The notes under the pieces were generated by a model. It was not told the DNA's origin and did no database searches. It saw nothing but the letters and a program-made list of their open reading frames with translations. Positions 61,101-64,000 of a DNA stretch of 64,000 bases are shown one piece after another; position 1 is the stretch's first letter, and each line of letters begins with the position of its first letter. Origin of the DNA: Candidatus Ozemobacteraceae bacterium (GTDB taxonomy: Bacteria > Muiribacteriota > Ozemobacteria > Ozemobacterales > Ozemobacteraceae). The position numbers and the translations under genes are program-made. The stretch lies in NCBI GenBank assembly GCA_965140445.1, contig OZ223236.1, positions 3,744,001-3,808,000 of the forward strand. Reading direction: 5' to 3'.

Positions 61101-64000
61101 CTTCGATCGCTGTGAGAGAGAGAAGTCGAGCTTACTCAGAACCTTTAAGCTAAATATCTCAAAAGTTTGAGACAATAGCTCATCGTTTTCTTCTTTCTTT
61201 GCTCGTCTTGCCCTGCCATCGCACCATGCTAAGGCACATATCAATTTTTCAAAAGTTAGAAACCATTTTTCTGGGGTCAGAGAATCTATCTCTGGACATT
61301 TGGCTGTGGAGGAGAAATAACCTTTTGCTCTCCAATATTGCGACATATGAGTTAGTAATTGGAAATCAATATCTACATTATTGCTTGAGACAAATTTTGT
61401 GGGTATTAGGTTGTTCTTTTCTGATTTTTCATAGGCAAGTTCGACTATTGAAATTGGAGCGCCCAATTCAATTAAAACATTAATCGCGCTTTGTGCCAAA
61501 TATGGTGGAATTTCTTCTTCTCTGTTAAGCAACTCCTCTAGATCAGAAAACAATTTGCTTAATGGGGCAGGACTTATTGGGATAGCAAATTCAATTGAAG
61601 TTTGCTTCAGGGTTACCAGTATTTCGATTAGGGTTAAGAAGTAATTTGGCGGCAACTTTTTCTGAGCAGTGGCTTTAAGAAACTCTTTTGCTGTCACATA
61701 TTTTTTAGAGATAAGAATTAATAAAACAGAAAAAAGACAATTTACTGTTGCCACTAGTTTATCTGCAACTTCAGTGTTCTTTTCGCCAAAATGCGCTCTA
61801 ATTGTATTGCAATAACAAGCTATAATTTTGGGTATCTTCATTGGATTTACTTCATCAGATATTTGATTCAATAAAAAATTAGTGATTATCAATTTGCTGT
61901 TTATATCTACGAAGCTACCTATTTCCAAAGCTTTATTTGATAGCAAATCAGTAAGGTTTTTGTCCAATAGGTTTAGTATCTTTTGGGCTTCAATCTTAAA
62001 ATCGGCCTCAATTAATTTTATTGATATATTTAAAGCGCTTTGTGGAGATATTATGAGATGATTGTATCGAATAGCATGTTTAATAGCCTCGCTTGGACGA
62101 TTGAGAGAAATTAATGCCTTAGTGAGTAATCCAGCATTTTCTGCAAATAAGGTGTCATATCGAAAACTTGCTCTTTGGGAAAGCAAAAGAATTCTAATCA
62201 CCTCTTCTGCTGGACCATGCTTTATCGAGGCTGATAAAGTAGAGGCGATATCGTATAATACAGTATCAGGTTCTACCTCATTTTTTACACAAGCATCAAG
62301 CCAACTTTGGTTACACTCATAAATTGCCTTTGAGATGTCCCCATCATTAGAGCGTAGCAAATGATAAATTTGATTTAATAAGCCATATCTCGATAAACTT
62401 CCGTTTTTACATGCGCATGCTATACGCTCATGAATAACTTCATCTAAGTGCTTGGTTTTGTTCCTCAAAAACTCAGAGAAGGATGGGTGATAAATTGTTG
62501 TGGTGTCTGAGTCATAAAAAAGATGTTGAATTCTACTGATTGTTGGTATGAATACTGCTCGCTCAGTAGAAGAAAGAATATCCAAAAGTTTTTTAGTTTT
62601 TATTCCCCACCGTAAACGTGCAATAATAGCTAGAAAATTTAAAGCTTCATTATCTTTAATTAATGTTTCCCATAAGCTTTCATAATAATTTTCAATTTGT
62701 CCACCAAGCGGTGGAAATTGCTCCAGAGAATCACTTTTACTATTATTAATGTGTTCTATCAAATATCGAAGATAAAGTGGATGTCCCTGTGCTTTTTCGC
62801 AAATTGAATGAATAAGTTTATGCGAAGCCAACTTTGATAAAATGTTTTCCCAGCAAAATTTCTGACTTGCCAACATTGATAATGGAGGCAAAGTAATTTT
62901 GCTAGAATCATTTATTCGTCCGCTCAATGTCGAAGAAATGGTATCGAAATTTGGGGCTGTAAATACGATTTTAACTCCACTTGGTAGAGCTTTTGGCAAA
63001 ACTCCAATGAGTTTCAATAGTGAACAGGAGTCTACAGAATAAGCTTCATTAATCCCATCGACAAAAAGAACAGCGCATTTCTTATTTTCCAAACAGTATT
63101 TTGATAAAGTTCCAAAAAGTTGGGACGCTTTAGCAACCAATTTAGGGTAAGTTGCATCAACTTTGCCAGAAGAACTCCCAAAAATGAGCATAGAAATTTG
63201 GTTTGAAAGCCAATCAAAAAAAACTTCAGGTTGCGTGCGAACGATGATGTCTGCCCCTGATCTTATGTTGCCTAGGTTATAACAGCCCAAAGAAATAATG
63301 TTAGGAGCAATAGGTTTGAAGGAATTGCAATAGGTTGTTTTTCCTATTCCATGAGCCCCACCAACAAAAAAGAAGTTTTCTCCAGATTCAACTATTTTGC
63401 TTTCAAATGCATTTTGAAAGTTAAGCCTATCAGCTAATCTTTCGCTCGTGACGGATGAATCATTTTCAGCGGAAGATTTTTCGGATAAATAAATTTTATT
63501 CTTTTCAAGGAATTCTTTTATAGCGCTAATGCTAATGGCACCAATGTTATTTCCAGCTTTTAGTCTTATAATTCCTCTACAGGTGCCTTCAATAAAAAGT
63601 GCCGATCCAGATATTCCTTGGTATAAATTAGGTTTAGTTGCTTCATCTACTGAAAGGTCTATATCAATTCTTGCTTGAGGTGAGCTTAAAATTTGTGAAA
63701 TGGTTCCTGAAAGTGTTTGCCCAATGGACCGCTTTTCCTGAGGATAACCAAAAGTTTGCCAATTGTTTCCTTGCTGAGGGGTGACAGGAAGCAGATCTAC
63801 AGGATACCGCTTAAGAGGTGAAGGAAGAACTAATATACACACATCAAACTCTTCTGAAACATCAAGCACATTTGCTTCTATCTCGATGGATCTAATTTTA
63901 TTTGGAAAAGTCAAAATAATCTTTTCCGAATTTTCAATGGAATTTTTAATACAGTGGCGTGCGGTTAATACATGTTTGTTTGAAACAAGGTGCCCAGTTC
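58170..64000 (-). CDS. avs1b: AVAST type 1 trypsin-like protease-STAND NTPase Avs1b (5'-truncated at window edge)
   Basis: The frame stays open to 64000: TGHLVSNKHVLTARHC (His), FDVCIL (Asp), GISGS (Ser). Walker A GAHGIGKT, Walker B LFVDGINE, GHPLYL motif and a long helical C-terminus. Confidence 0.85.
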   Translation of the reverse strand, partial: TGHLVSNKHVLTARHCIKNSIENSEKIILTFPNKIRSIEIEANVLDVSEEFDVCILVLPSPLKRYPVDLLPVTPQQGNNWQTFGYPQEKRSIGQTLSGTISQILSSPQARIDIDLSVDEATKPNLYQGISGSALFIEGTCRGIIRLKAGNNIGAISISAIKEFLEKNKIYLSEKSSAENDSSVTSERLADRLNFQNAFESKIVESGENFFFVGGAHGIGKTTYCNSFKPIAPNIISLGCYNLGNIRSGADIIVRTQPEVFFDWLSNQISMLIFGSSSGKVDATYPKLVAKASQLFGTLSKYCLENKKCAVLFVDGINEAYSVDSCSLLKLIGVLPKALPSGVKIVFTAPNFDTISSTLSGRINDSSKITLPPLSMLASQKFCWENILSKLASHKLIHSICEKAQGHPLYLRYLIEHINNSKSDSLEQFPPLGGQIENYYESLWETLIKDNEALNFLAIIARLRWGIKTKKLLDILSSTERAVFIPTISRIQHLFYDSDTTTIYHPSFSEFLRNKTKHLDEVIHERIACACKNGSLSRYGLLNQIYHLLRSNDGDISKAIYECNQSWLDACVKNEVEPDTVLYDIASTLSASIKHGPAEEVIRILLLSQRASFRYDTLFAENAGLLTKALISLNRPSEAIKHAIRYNHLIISPQSALNISIKLIEADFKIEAQKILNLLDKNLTDLLSNKALEIGSFVDINSKLIITNFLLNQISDEVNPMKIPKIIACYCNTIRAHFGEKNTEVADKLVATVNCLFSVLLILISKKYVTAKEFLKATAQKKLPPNYFLTLIEILVTLKQTSIEFAIPISPAPLSKLFSDLEELLNREEEIPPYLAQSAINVLIELGAPISIVELAYEKSEKNNLIPTKFVSSNNVDIDFQLLTHMSQYWRAKGYFSSTAKCPEIDSLTPEKWFLTFEKLICALAWCDGRARRAKKEENDELLSQTFEIFSLKVLSKLDFSLSQRSKWVDGYAIPEQLLPFIYQKVISIFLNCFHDKILEFLKSLNTRLPKQLGLYNEGFRQVLDILIFELTFTKRNKQVSGEAFKILKFWKNYLISGIENRHELVPEILHLIPYFTHFSAHEEAKSLFEKALELSMGPNWYKEDQLSLMLESFKSTDHFSEESKFFSKIAGYLEHCSGEMTFQRYVRQQKHELIAELFRRDKFEGGFQYFVHQSCGPLEHLKNEALSGNVDKISKFEGMRFPGGAIDEQSAILEIVKNSKKQNWRLRWALLEVFQCGDERYLTDFAKEYAEIVNQNFGKPEENHEIIYRLNIVTGTELDSCDLLTFLKSFFEHLNEKFHQSFNKLKEKLTIEAEKGSTQQFPNTISPSKDENHDIDDDKVRETDDDIDENLLFMPGTFGTKASSANFQSELNRAKSELELGNQIASAEASANAIKILQDGGWGIWTNSHSASHREAEAIILQASKDSHELISFYSSMIENEQFTEKWLIAGYLIPKIMKLSPDESKSILLDYIFEHFQQVVGNANNEINTYSFLDKSNKLDGNETLYSLVAWLVDHPKRLRREKAIEMLLWLVSPKASFFNNVIQEAFSMKVGYSPDILAGIIDSFSSKDPLALWSIVCPTLEKKKIISHCKHASRLLILRRISKRAADSGSKTGAKILKELSQKIRNEKLTQENNNSEYSIPYWAECISHILQPLHDMEFSIKHIISEMTTELKKVCLPLKISEAFEIENLVSKGFRERNNSYLNRWEAKVRFALNVSLFKLLTEEEIIEIERLIRPYNQSFPRRNLTDAFSMRNLNIPFLDDPIRDDIRKIIGNEDQYFLHFYGILRDAENQRNLSVEAIACYIHSSQLQEMAFPHPRNFQKMCSSDQPDFRKIDSDYETCITFDPAPIFGGEVTPAIPFPHFSQIIKLKADGFQRISWLINRSSSPYCLGQPKYEGCLLAIEKEQISIPNDRELIWYLFNNDTFMGIIDSEGNNYTRGY

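Noticed and set aside
1..64000. CRISPR array, rRNA or intact tRNA genes
   Set aside because: No regularly spaced direct repeats or cloverleaf/rRNA signatures were seen by eye.

Overview
This is an AT-rich bacterial chromosomal window from an anaerobe-like genome. Gene style is compatible with a Candidatus Riflebacteria-type lineage, but that is inference only. Housekeeping and metabolic content includes flavin oxidoreductases, a MATE exporter, an orphan trpB, hslO, an S9 peptidase, xthA, an EtfB-EtfA-lactate/glycolate dehydrogenase operon, a stand-alone EF-G, RNase H, a GH13 pullulanase and a CPA2 antiporter. Accessory content includes a TM0106-type nuclease-helicase, a minor-pilin cluster with a large Cys/His-rich secreted protein, four tandem paralogous membrane-anchored genes, and a CHASE2-SH3-M48 module. 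The right end holds ISL3 and IS21 relics, a likely tRNA/tmRNA 3'-end att remnant, and an AVAST type 1 antiphage locus (avs1b-avs1c, running off the window). The most notable unannotated signals are two sigma54-dependent transcription units missed by the ORF track. The first is a ~215-nt structured non-coding RNA (11346-11559, minus strand) with a consensus -24/-12 promoter, upstream enhancer-like palindromes, tandem anti-SD-like CU motifs and a terminator. The second is a 31-aa peptide gene (45805-45900) with its own sigma54 promoter, RBS and hairpin, directly behind a PAS-sigma54 activator. No CRISPR array, rRNA or intact tRNA was seen.
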